From the NCBI RefSeq assembly GCF_041563495.1, contig NZ_JBFFMZ010000011.1:11108-75107 (forward strand): 64,000 bases of DNA. The letters are read 5' to 3'. Below the pieces are notes generated by a model, which saw only the letters and a program-made list of their open reading frames with translations, searched no databases and had not been told where the DNA came from. The DNA comes from Sulfurimonas sp. (GTDB lineage: Bacteria > Campylobacterota > Campylobacteria > Campylobacterales > Sulfurimonadaceae). Shown here one piece after another: positions 48,880-57,003 of this stretch (position 1 is its first letter; every line of letters begins with the position of its first letter). Made by a program: the position numbers and the translations under genes.

Positions 48880-50592
48880 TCACTCAATATATCTTTTTCT
48901 TTGTGAAGACTTTATCTTTGAGATATCAACGACAATAAGACTGTCTACACAGTTTGAAAAAGATGGGTCAATGTTATAAGCACAAAATCTTATTCCACCT
49001 TCATCACACAGGTCACTATACTGTTTATAAAGAGTTGGTACGCTGGTTCCCATAACTCCAAGTGCTTTTTTTAGGTTTCTGAAGTTTTCTTTATATTCTA
49101 CATCACTAAACTCATTTCGTAGATTCCTAATCAAGTCCGCATCTGTTTTAAAGTTGTACGGAATTTTTGGAGTTACAAGATTTTCATCATCTCTAAAGTT
49201 TTTATCGTAAAAATAAAGGATGGTGTCTTTAGCAATTTTTGGATATGCTCCACTAAGGGATACAGGACCAAAAAGGTATTTTATATCAGGGTTGTTTCTA
49301 ATATATGCACCTATTCCATACCATAGATAATCAAGTGCTCTGCTTCCCCAATACTTTGGTTGTACAAAGCTTCTGCCAAGTTCTATGGCACTATCGAGAT
49401 ATTTGTCAAAATCATCATTAAAGTTGAAAAGAGTAGTAGTGTAGATGGCATCTTTGCCAAGGTTTTTTATAATATCTCTGCACTCTGCTATTCTGTAAGC
49501 TCCTACTATCTCTAAATCTTCATCATCCCATAGAACTATGTGTTTATAGTATCTGTCATATTTGTCGGTATCCCTTTTTTTATTTATACCTTCTCCTACT
49601 TTTCTAAAAGACAATTCTCTTAGACGACCGATTTCATTTATTAGGATTGAATTTGGATTTGCACTGCTGTATAGATATATCTTCTTATTGCCTTTAGTAG
49701 TTCCAAGAAGAGGAGAATTTTTTAACTCTTTCTTTATGTCTCGTCTATCTTCGGGATGAGCAATTGCTTTTTGTGTTAAAAAAAAATTTTTAGAATTTTT
49801 TAGGTTGTATACCTGCTTTTTATAAAGTTCTACTATTTTGTTTTGTTTTAGCCCTTTTGGAACAATATTTTCATTTGAAATTATTTCTCCTATACTAATG
49901 TCTATGGTCTTGCCTTTTTGTTTAAACATCTCATTTGGCAGAAGCAGTGTGGATAATTTTTTATTTATAGTAGATATCGAGTAAAATGTTTTAGAGTTTT
50001 TTCCTCCAATAAATATAGGAAGTATAGGAGAAGTGCTTCTATATGCAAATTTTAAAAATCCTTTTTGCCATGTTTTGTCTTTTATTCCTGTTGAACTCGC
50101 ACGGCTGACTTCACCTGAAGGAAAGATTATAAGAGCCATATCTTTGTCAAGTGAGTCATATATCTCTTGTATGGCTTCTTTTTTTTGTCTAGCGACAAAG
50201 CTGTTTATGTGAATGAGTAAAGAGTCTAACGCTTTGAATTCTTTTAAAAAATCATTTGCAACAATTTTAATGTCTTTTCTTACTCTGCTAAGCAGTTTGA
50301 TGAGAGCAAAAGCATCTAAAGCTCCAAGAGGATGATTCGCTATTATTACGACTCTTCCTGAAGATGGTATATTTTCAATGTCTTTATCAGAAACTAAAAA
50401 ATTAAAGTCAAAATATTCCAAAACATTATCAATAAACTCAAAACTGCCGATGTGAGCGTTTTTCTTAACAAATCTGTTTATCTCATCTTGGTGTATTACG
50501 GAATCTGAAAACTTGGAAATAGTACTTTTAATTATTTTATTGTTTTGCAGTTTTGGATACTTGTCGGCAATTATTTTTTCTATATCAATCAT
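48880..50592 (-). CDS. Bifunctional acyltransferase (PlsC-like O-acyltransferase plus GNAT-like N-acyltransferase), OlsF-like
   Basis: Start probably MIDIEKII (ATG 50592; the track start is 50643). N-terminal IANHPLGALD and IFPSGEVSR acyltransferase motifs. The C-terminal ~250 aa are GNAT/hemolysin-like. Confidence 0.6.
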   Translation of the reverse strand: MIDIEKIIADKYPKLQNNKIIKSTISKFSDSVIHQDEINRFVKKNAHIGSFEFIDNVLEYFDFNFLVSDKDIENIPSSGRVVIIANHPLGALDAFALIKLLSRVRKDIKIVANDFLKEFKALDSLLIHINSFVARQKKEAIQEIYDSLDKDMALIIFPSGEVSRASSTGIKDKTWQKGFLKFAYRSTSPILPIFIGGKNSKTFYSISTINKKLSTLLLPNEMFKQKGKTIDISIGEIISNENIVPKGLKQNKIVELYKKQVYNLKNSKNFFLTQKAIAHPEDRRDIKKELKNSPLLGTTKGNKKIYLYSSANPNSILINEIGRLRELSFRKVGEGINKKRDTDKYDRYYKHIVLWDDEDLEIVGAYRIAECRDIIKNLGKDAIYTTTLFNFNDDFDKYLDSAIELGRSFVQPKYWGSRALDYLWYGIGAYIRNNPDIKYLFGPVSLSGAYPKIAKDTILYFYDKNFRDDENLVTPKIPYNFKTDADLIRNLRNEFSDVEYKENFRNLKKALGVMGTSVPTLYKQYSDLCDEGGIRFCAYNIDPSFSNCVDSLIVVDISKIKSSQRKRYIE

Positions 50593-50725
50593 TTTAATCC
50601 CATTTATATTGTTTGAGAAAATTATAATCTTTGCTTGTTGCAAAATGGTTACAACTAAAATATTAATTTTTATTTAAAGAAAATAGGAGTATATTGTAAT
50701 GTCTTGTATTATAAGAGGAGTTGAT

Positions 50726-51226
50726 ATGTCGAATATTACACAAAGATATTTTTTTAAAATATTAGCTCTTTTATTTTTTTTAGGAACTGTCATATCATCG
50801 TCTGCTATTAACTATGGCGGGAAAAAATCTTATATAATTAAGTTGCCTTATAAGCAATGCTTGACTCCTCCTATTCCAAGTAAAGCGATTGAAGAGGGTA
50901 TAATTCCAGTAAATACTCAAAAGGCAAAGGAGCTTTTTATTGAAGGAGCTTTTTTTTATGATGCACGCAAGAAGCTTGATTATGATAAAGAGCATATACA
51001 AGATGCGAAACTTGTGATGTTTGATAACTCAAAAGCAAAATATACTATTATAAGTCTTCCAAAATCTTTAAATAGTAAATTGATTTTTTATTGTAATGGA
51101 GGTAATTGTTCACGTTCATATGAAGCAGCACTGGCAGTACGTAAACGTGGTTATAAAAATGTTTTTTGGTATATTAATGGGTTTGATGATTGGCAAAAAA
51201 AAGGATATCCGGTTGAATCAAAGTAA
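50726..51226 (+). CDS. Periplasmic rhodanese-domain protein
   Basis: Start moved to ATG 50726 (strong SD AAGAGGAG). Signal peptide. Rhodanese active-site loop region FYCNGGNCSRS. Confidence 0.75.
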   Translation: MSNITQRYFFKILALLFFLGTVISSSAINYGGKKSYIIKLPYKQCLTPPIPSKAIEEGIIPVNTQKAKELFIEGAFFYDARKKLDYDKEHIQDAKLVMFDNSKAKYTIISLPKSLNSKLIFYCNGGNCSRSYEAALAVRKRGYKNVFWYINGFDDWQKKGYPVESK

Positions 51227-51235
51227 GTATAACGA

Positions 51236-51547
51236 TTAAAACTCTTCTATTTTAAAAACCTCATAAGCGACTTCTTCGTAAGGGTGAGCTTCTTTTAACA
51301 AAGTAACGGCATCTTTTATGAGATCATCATTGCAAACCATTTCAACCTTATATTCCTGAACTTCTTCTACTTTATTTAATTCACCAATGTGTGGATTTGC
51401 ACTTTTAACAGGCTTGAACTGCCCGACTCCCAAACTCTCAAAACTACAGCATTCATAGTTTTCATATCTGCCTACACCTATGTCAAAGAGAGCCTGTTTG
51501 GTCTTTTCTTTAGCATCTGCTGGTACAAAATAATTTAGTTTATACAT
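51236..51547 (-). CDS. Stand-alone YqfO-insert (PII/CutA-like, COG3323-type) protein
   Basis: Start moved to MYKLNYFVP (ATG 51547). The pattern ..GRYENYECCSF...GQFKP...NPHIGE...EEYKVEMVC...HPYEEVAYEV matches this family as I recall it. Confidence 0.65.
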   Translation of the reverse strand: MYKLNYFVPADAKEKTKQALFDIGVGRYENYECCSFESLGVGQFKPVKSANPHIGELNKVEEVQEYKVEMVCNDDLIKDAVTLLKEAHPYEEVAYEVFKIEEF

Positions 51548-51551
51548 TTTA

Positions 51552-52508
51552 TTATTTTTCCAAATATGATAGCATCTCGGTATCAAGCTCTTTTGTTTTA
51601 CTTGTTACCTCTTCAATGCTTTTAAATTCAAATCCGCTTTTTGCATAGCAAATTACACTTTCATCTCTGCCTTGAAGCAGACCGTCAACAGCTTTAGTGA
51701 CAAACTTATATGCCATAAGTCTGTCATATATAGTAGGGTTGCCGCCCCTTTGAATATGTCCTAAAACACTTACTCTGGACTCCATGCCTATTTTATCTTC
51801 AAACCACTTTGCTATCTCTTTTGAGTCTTGTTTAATCCCTTCTGAGACAATTGCTATGAAATATTTTCGTCCGTTTTTAATCTGCTCTTTGAAACTCTCT
51901 TCGTATGATTTCAGGTCGTACTCTTTTTCAGGTATTAGACAAAGTTCCGAACCAGATGTCAGATGCGATACCAAAGCCAAATAGCCGCAGTCTCTTCCCA
52001 TTGTCTCAATTACAAAAGCTCTTTTGAACGATGAAGCAGTATCGCGGATAGCATCTATGGAAGTCTTGATGATATTTAAAGCAGTATCGACGCCCAAAGA
52101 GTAATCAGTTCCGTTTATGTCGTTGTCTATAGTAGCTGGGATACCGCAGAATTTTATGCCTGTTTCTTTGTAAAAAACATCGAGTCCTCTAAACGAGCCG
52201 TCTCCTCCAAGGACAACCAGCATCTCTATGTTTAGAGCTTCCAGATTTTGTTTTGCAATTTTTCTATGTTCTTGAAGCATAAATCTTTGGCTTCTTGCAC
52301 TGCCTATTTTTGTCCCGCCTCTGTTGATGATGCCTGCCACATCACAATAACTGGTTAGTTTAATGTTATTGTCAATCAAACCTTCATACCCGTCATAAAC
52401 AAAGTAGGGGTTCAGATTTTTCTCAAGTGCATACTCGACAAAGTGTTTGAGTGCGGGATTCATCCCAGATACATCTCCACCGGAACACAGTATTGCAATA
52501 TTGTTCAT
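51552..52508 (-). CDS. pfkA: ATP-dependent 6-phosphofructokinase
   Basis: 318 aa. SGGDVSGMN, GGDGSF, PATIDND, MGR and HIQRGG motifs. Confidence 0.9.
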   Translation of the reverse strand: MNNIAILCSGGDVSGMNPALKHFVEYALEKNLNPYFVYDGYEGLIDNNIKLTSYCDVAGIINRGGTKIGSARSQRFMLQEHRKIAKQNLEALNIEMLVVLGGDGSFRGLDVFYKETGIKFCGIPATIDNDINGTDYSLGVDTALNIIKTSIDAIRDTASSFKRAFVIETMGRDCGYLALVSHLTSGSELCLIPEKEYDLKSYEESFKEQIKNGRKYFIAIVSEGIKQDSKEIAKWFEDKIGMESRVSVLGHIQRGGNPTIYDRLMAYKFVTKAVDGLLQGRDESVICYAKSGFEFKSIEEVTSKTKELDTEMLSYLEK

Positions 52509-52590
52509 AAAAATCCTTTTGCTTAAATTTTACCATCATCTAAACTCAATTTAGATAAAATCCCGTAATTTATTTTTAAGAGGAAATGTT

Positions 52591-54129
52591 TTGGCAAAAA
52601 GAGCATTGGTTAGTGTTAGCGATAAAGCAGGTGTAGTAGAGTTTTGTACGTCATTAGTAAAGAACGGTTATGAAATAATTTCTACAGGTGGGACTTATAA
52701 AAAGTTAGTAGAATCCGGTATAAAAGCTATTGAGATTGATGAGGTTACAAAATTTCCTGAGTGTTTTGAAGGTCGTGTTAAAACTCTTAACCCATATGTT
52801 CATGGTGGAATTTTACACCGTCGTGATAAGCAGTCACACTTAGAGCAAGCAAAAGAATTAGGCGTAGAGTCTATTGATTTGGTTTGTGTAAATCTCTATC
52901 CTTTTAAAGAGACTATCGAGAGAACTGATGATTTCGATGATATTATAGAAAATATAGATATCGGCGGACCTGCTATGGTTCGCTCAGCTGCAAAAAACTT
53001 TGATAGTGTAATCATAGTTACAAATGTAGCAGATTACGATGAAGTCATAGATGCTATAGAGAATGAAAAAAATACAAAAGAGTTCCGTCGCGGCTATATG
53101 ATAAAAGCGTATGAGCACACTGCTGCGTATGACTCGATGATAGCTAACTACATGAACGAGCGTTTCAACGGAGGTTTCGGTGAAAAGCAGTTTGTTGTAG
53201 GAAATAAAGTTATGGATACACGTTACGGTGAAAATCCTCACCAAAAAGGTGCACTTTATGAATTTGACAAGCACTACTCAAACAACTTCAAAACTCTAAA
53301 AGGTGAAGCAAGTTTCAATAACCTAAACGATTTGAGCGGTGCTGTTAAGATTGCATCTGCATTTGGTAATGAGAATGCCGTATGTATTACTAAGCATGGT
53401 AACCCTTGTGGATTTGCTATTAAAGATACACTTTTAGAAGCTTATGAAGAAGCTCTTAAATGTGATCCTGTGTCTGCATTCGGCGGTGTTGTCGCAGTAA
53501 ACGGTGTAGTGACAAAAGAACTGGCTGAGAAAATGAATGAGATTTTCTTAGAAGTCGTAATTGCAGGTCGTATCACTGAAGAAGCTCAGGAAGTATTTGC
53601 TGCTAAGAAGCGTATCAAGTTATTTGACATGGGAAGTGACAAGTTACTCCTTGCAAATGATAAAAAAGACTTTAAACACATTGACGGCGGTTTTGTATAC
53701 CAAGATGCTGACAAAGTGGGTGAAGATGAAGTTAAAAATGCAAAATTGGTTTCTAAAAATGCAGCTGCGGCACAGGATATGAAAGATTTGGAGATAGCAT
53801 ACAAAGTAGCATCTCTTACAAAGTCTAACTGTGTTGTATATGTTAAAGACTCTGCGATGGTAGCAGTAGGTATGGGGATGACTTCTCGGGTAGATGCAAG
53901 TCAATGTGCATTGAAAAAAGCTAAAGAGATGGGACTTGATGTAACAGGTGCAGCCCTTGCATCTGAGGCATTTTTCCCATTCCGTGACTCCATCGACGCA
54001 GCGGCAGCAGCAGGTGTTAAAAATGTAATCGAGCCTGGTGGAAGTATTCGTGATGATGAAATCATAGATGCGGCTAATGAGTTCGGTATGTCTCTTTATT
54101 TTTCTGAGGTACGTCATTTCCTTCATTAG
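52591..54129 (+). CDS. purH: Bifunctional AICAR transformylase / IMP cyclohydrolase
   Basis: 512 aa, TTG start. MGS-like N-terminus (ALVSVSDK) and a C-terminal transformylase ending EVRHFLH. Confidence 0.97.
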   Translation: MAKRALVSVSDKAGVVEFCTSLVKNGYEIISTGGTYKKLVESGIKAIEIDEVTKFPECFEGRVKTLNPYVHGGILHRRDKQSHLEQAKELGVESIDLVCVNLYPFKETIERTDDFDDIIENIDIGGPAMVRSAAKNFDSVIIVTNVADYDEVIDAIENEKNTKEFRRGYMIKAYEHTAAYDSMIANYMNERFNGGFGEKQFVVGNKVMDTRYGENPHQKGALYEFDKHYSNNFKTLKGEASFNNLNDLSGAVKIASAFGNENAVCITKHGNPCGFAIKDTLLEAYEEALKCDPVSAFGGVVAVNGVVTKELAEKMNEIFLEVVIAGRITEEAQEVFAAKKRIKLFDMGSDKLLLANDKKDFKHIDGGFVYQDADKVGEDEVKNAKLVSKNAAAAQDMKDLEIAYKVASLTKSNCVVYVKDSAMVAVGMGMTSRVDASQCALKKAKEMGLDVTGAALASEAFFPFRDSIDAAAAAGVKNVIEPGGSIRDDEIIDAANEFGMSLYFSEVRHFLH

Positions 54130-54137
54130 AACTATCT

Positions 54138-54167
54138 CATACTTTTTTTCTCTGCAAAAAAAGTATG
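54138..54167 (+). terminator. Hairpin downstream of purH (weak terminator candidate)
   Basis: Perfect 12-bp stem CATACTTTTTTT / AAAAAAAGTATG with a 6-nt loop. Almost all A/T and lacking a 3' T-tract, hence low confidence. Confidence 0.3.
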
Positions 54168-54338
54168 CAAAAAAGTTCTGCTTGTGCTTGTAAAAAAGAA
54201 TAACCTCTAACTCATTTATATACAATAGTGAGAAGATGCTAAGCTAAGTAAAACCCCTGCAGTGGAAGGGTCAAAATCTTTGATTTTGGGGTACCAACCA
54301 TGAAGCCGTTTTATCTGCTTGGCATTTTTGAACGAAAC

Positions 54339-54373
54339 CTTGATTGACTTCCACTCAACCCTTATGATATAAT
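54339..54373 (+). promoter_or_regulatory. cbpA-hspR promoter with overlapping HspR-type (HAIR-like) inverted repeat
   Basis: CTTGATT-N7-ACTCAAC at 54339-54359 (one mismatch per half-site against CTTGAGT-N7-ACTCAAG). -35 TTGACT at 54344-49. Extended -10 TGaTATAAT at 54365-73. Confidence 0.65.
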
Positions 54374-54422
54374 ACCACTTAGATAATTAACTATTATAAT
54401 ATATAAATTTTAGGACAAAACG

Positions 54423-55301
54423 ATGGCAAAATCATTATATGATACTCTTGAAATAAGCGAAAACGCGAGTGAGAGTGAGATTAAAAAAGCATATAGAAAA
54501 CTAGCAAGACAATATCACCCGGATGTAAATAAAGATAAGGGTGCAGAAGATAAATTTAAAGAGATTAACGCTGCTTATGAAATATTAAGCGATAAACAGA
54601 AAAAACAGCAATATGACATGCACGGTGACAGTATGTTCGGTGGGCAAAATTTCCACGATTTCTCTCGTTCACATACTAGAGGTTCTAACAGTGATTTAGA
54701 TGAAATCTTACGTCAAATGTTCTCAGGTGGCGGGGGCGGTTTTGGCGGCGGAGGCTTCGGCGGTTTTGGCGGAGGCTTCAGCCAGCAACAGCAACAACCA
54801 AACTTAGACATTGAGACAAGTGTCACTATACCATTTAGCGTATCTATTCTTGGCGGCTCACACTCTGTATCGGTGAACGGTGAAAGATTTGACATTAAAA
54901 TTCCTGCCGGAGTTAAAAGCGGTGAGAAGATGCGTGTTAAAGGAAAAGGCCACGCTCAAGGCGGAAGAGCAGGAGATCTGTTTTTAAAAATAACTGTTGC
55001 TCCAAGTCCTGAATATGTCAGAGAAGATGATGACCTTGTTAAAACTTTTGACGTTCCGCTTTACGCGGCACTATTTGGTGAAAAGATAGCTATTAAAACT
55101 CTGGAAAAAGAGATAAAGTTAAAAGTTCCAAGCAACACTAAAAACGGACAGAGATTTCGTGTTAAAGAGATGGGTGCCATGAACCGTAAAACAAAGGTTC
55201 GTGGAAATCTATACCTTGAAGCAAATATAGTCTTACCTAAAGTTGATGATTTAGATGCCGACCTAGTTGAAATCATGAAAGAAAAACTACCTAAAGAGTA
55301 A
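54423..55301 (+). CDS. cbpA: Curved-DNA-binding co-chaperone CbpA (DnaJ homologue without zinc finger)
   Basis: 292 aa. J domain (YRKLARQYHPDVNK), G/F-rich region, no CxxCxGxG repeats. Followed by hspR. Confidence 0.85.
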   Translation: MAKSLYDTLEISENASESEIKKAYRKLARQYHPDVNKDKGAEDKFKEINAAYEILSDKQKKQQYDMHGDSMFGGQNFHDFSRSHTRGSNSDLDEILRQMFSGGGGGFGGGGFGGFGGGFSQQQQQPNLDIETSVTIPFSVSILGGSHSVSVNGERFDIKIPAGVKSGEKMRVKGKGHAQGGRAGDLFLKITVAPSPEYVREDDDLVKTFDVPLYAALFGEKIAIKTLEKEIKLKVPSNTKNGQRFRVKEMGAMNRKTKVRGNLYLEANIVLPKVDDLDADLVEIMKEKLPKE

Positions 55302-55313
55302 AAGGAGCTAATT

Positions 55314-55688
55314 ATGATACATCAATATGACGAACCTGTTTATTTGATTAGTATAGTTGCTAAGATTTTGGATATTCATCCACAGACTCTTAGACAGTAT
55401 GAACGTGAGAATCTTATCTGCCCGTCGCGCTCGAACGGTCGAATAAGACTTTATTCCCAAAGAGATATAGATAAAATTAAACTTATTCTTAGATTGACAC
55501 GAGAGCTTGGAGTGAATCTGGCAGGTGTTGATATAATACTAAGACTTAAAGAGAATGTCGATGATATGGAGACAGAAATCGCAGAACTTCGTCATGAAGT
55601 AGCACGTGCCCAAAACACACACTCAGTATCTCCTGACAAAGCCTTAGTAACAAAAAAAAGTATTTATGAGATGATTATTTTCGAGTAG
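55314..55688 (+). CDS. hspR: MerR-family heat-shock repressor HspR
   Basis: 124 aa. MerR HTH (YLISIVAKILDIHPQTLRQYERENLICPSRSNGRIRLYS). cbpA-hspR operon arrangement as in Helicobacter and Campylobacter. Confidence 0.85.
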   Translation: MIHQYDEPVYLISIVAKILDIHPQTLRQYERENLICPSRSNGRIRLYSQRDIDKIKLILRLTRELGVNLAGVDIILRLKENVDDMETEIAELRHEVARAQNTHSVSPDKALVTKKSIYEMIIFE

Positions 55689-55697
55689 AAACGACTT

Positions 55698-56960
55698 CTA
55701 CTCTTTTAATCTTTTAACATTTGCTCCAACTGCTTCGAGCTTTTTTTCCAAAGAATCATAACCACGGTCTAAATGATAGATGCGATGAACATCTGTAGTA
55801 CCATCAGCTACTAAGCCAGCTAAAACAAGAGCACTAGAAGCTCTTAAATCTGTTGCCATTACATCAGTACCGCTCAATTTTGTACCACCGTTTATTGTTG
55901 CTACATTACCGTTTAAAGATATATCTGCGCCCATTCTTTGAAGTTCGCTAACATGCATAAATCTATTTTCAAATAGTCTTTCTTCGATAATGGAAGTCCC
56001 GTTTGCCTGAGTTGCAAGTGCTAAAAACTGAGCTTGCATATCCGTCGGAAAAGCAGGATACTCCTGAGTTACAATTTTTACGGCTTTGATTACTTCAGAG
56101 GGATGAATAGTTATAGTGTTTTCTGTGATAGTAAAAGTACTTCCCATCTCTTCAAGTTTTGCTATAACAGAACCAAGATGATGAGCATTTACATCGGTTA
56201 AGGTAAGTTCAGAGCGGCTAATAGCTCCTGCACAAAGATAAGTACCTGCTTCAATACGGTCTGGTATTACAGAAAATTCTTCTATTTTTATCAGTTTGCC
56301 GTTAGTTCCGTGTATTGTTAAAACAGCAGTTCCGATGCCGTCTATTTGTACTCCGCTTGCATTAAGAATCTCACAAAGTTGAACTACTTCAGGTTCTCTT
56401 GCGGCATTTGTAATAGTAGTTTTTCCAGATGCTAAAGCTGCTGCCATTACTATGTTTGCTGTTCCTGTCACTGTTATTTTATCAAAGATTATATCATGGC
56501 CCTTTAAGCCATCAGGAGCAGTTGCCTGAATGTATCCTGCTTGAATGTTTATCTTTGCACCCATCTGCTCCAGTGCTTTTAAGTGAAGGTCAACAGGTCT
56601 TTGACCAATAGCGCACCCACCAGGAAGAGAGACTTCACAATGCCCAAACCTGGCAAGTATAGGTCCTAAAACAAGGATAGAAGCCCTCATTGTTTTGACT
56701 ATGTCATAAGTTGCTTTTGTCTGGGTAAGAGTTGATGTGTCTACTACGACTTTATCATCATGAAAATCACATTTTGCTCCAAGATTTGACAAAAGTTTTA
56801 AAAGAGTGTTTATGTCTGCTACATGAGGTAAATTTTTAATTGACACGCTGTTATTTGCAAGAATCGTCATTGCAATTAATGGTAGGGATGCATTTTTTGC
56901 ACCAGAGATTTTTATATTTCCGTTTAGAGAATCAACTCTTTTTATCTGTAAGTAGTCCAT
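55698..56960 (-). CDS. murA: UDP-N-acetylglucosamine 1-carboxyvinyltransferase
   Basis: 420 aa. [11 protein letters not shown]-terminus, active-site loop [15 protein letters not shown]. Confidence 0.97.
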   Translation of the reverse strand: MDYLQIKRVDSLNGNIKISGAKNASLPLIAMTILANNSVSIKNLPHVADINTLLKLLSNLGAKCDFHDDKVVVDTSTLTQTKATYDIVKTMRASILVLGPILARFGHCEVSLPGGCAIGQRPVDLHLKALEQMGAKINIQAGYIQATAPDGLKGHDIIFDKITVTGTANIVMAAALASGKTTITNAAREPEVVQLCEILNASGVQIDGIGTAVLTIHGTNGKLIKIEEFSVIPDRIEAGTYLCAGAISRSELTLTDVNAHHLGSVIAKLEEMGSTFTITENTITIHPSEVIKAVKIVTQEYPAFPTDMQAQFLALATQANGTSIIEERLFENRFMHVSELQRMGADISLNGNVATINGGTKLSGTDVMATDLRASSALVLAGLVADGTTDVHRIYHLDRGYDSLEKKLEAVGANVKRLKE

Positions 56961-57003
56961 CAGTATCTTTTATTATTTAATAATGAAATTATATCTTAAT
57001 ATG

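Noticed and set aside
53644-54225. 193-aa Cys-rich ORF on the minus strand overlapping the purH 3' end
   Set aside because: It is antisense to a confidently identified purH. The Cys richness is an artefact of reading Ala/Gln codons backwards, and no motif is present. The same reasoning rejects the other long antisense ORFs in the track, for example 11040-11486, 36109-36504, 5500-5817, 7032-7415, 10588-10932 and 61471-61869.
54720-54800. GGC/GGT-rich tandem repeat (GGGGGFGGGGFGGFGGGF)
   Set aside because: This is the normal Gly/Phe-rich linker of DnaJ/CbpA co-chaperones, not a DNA-level repeat element.
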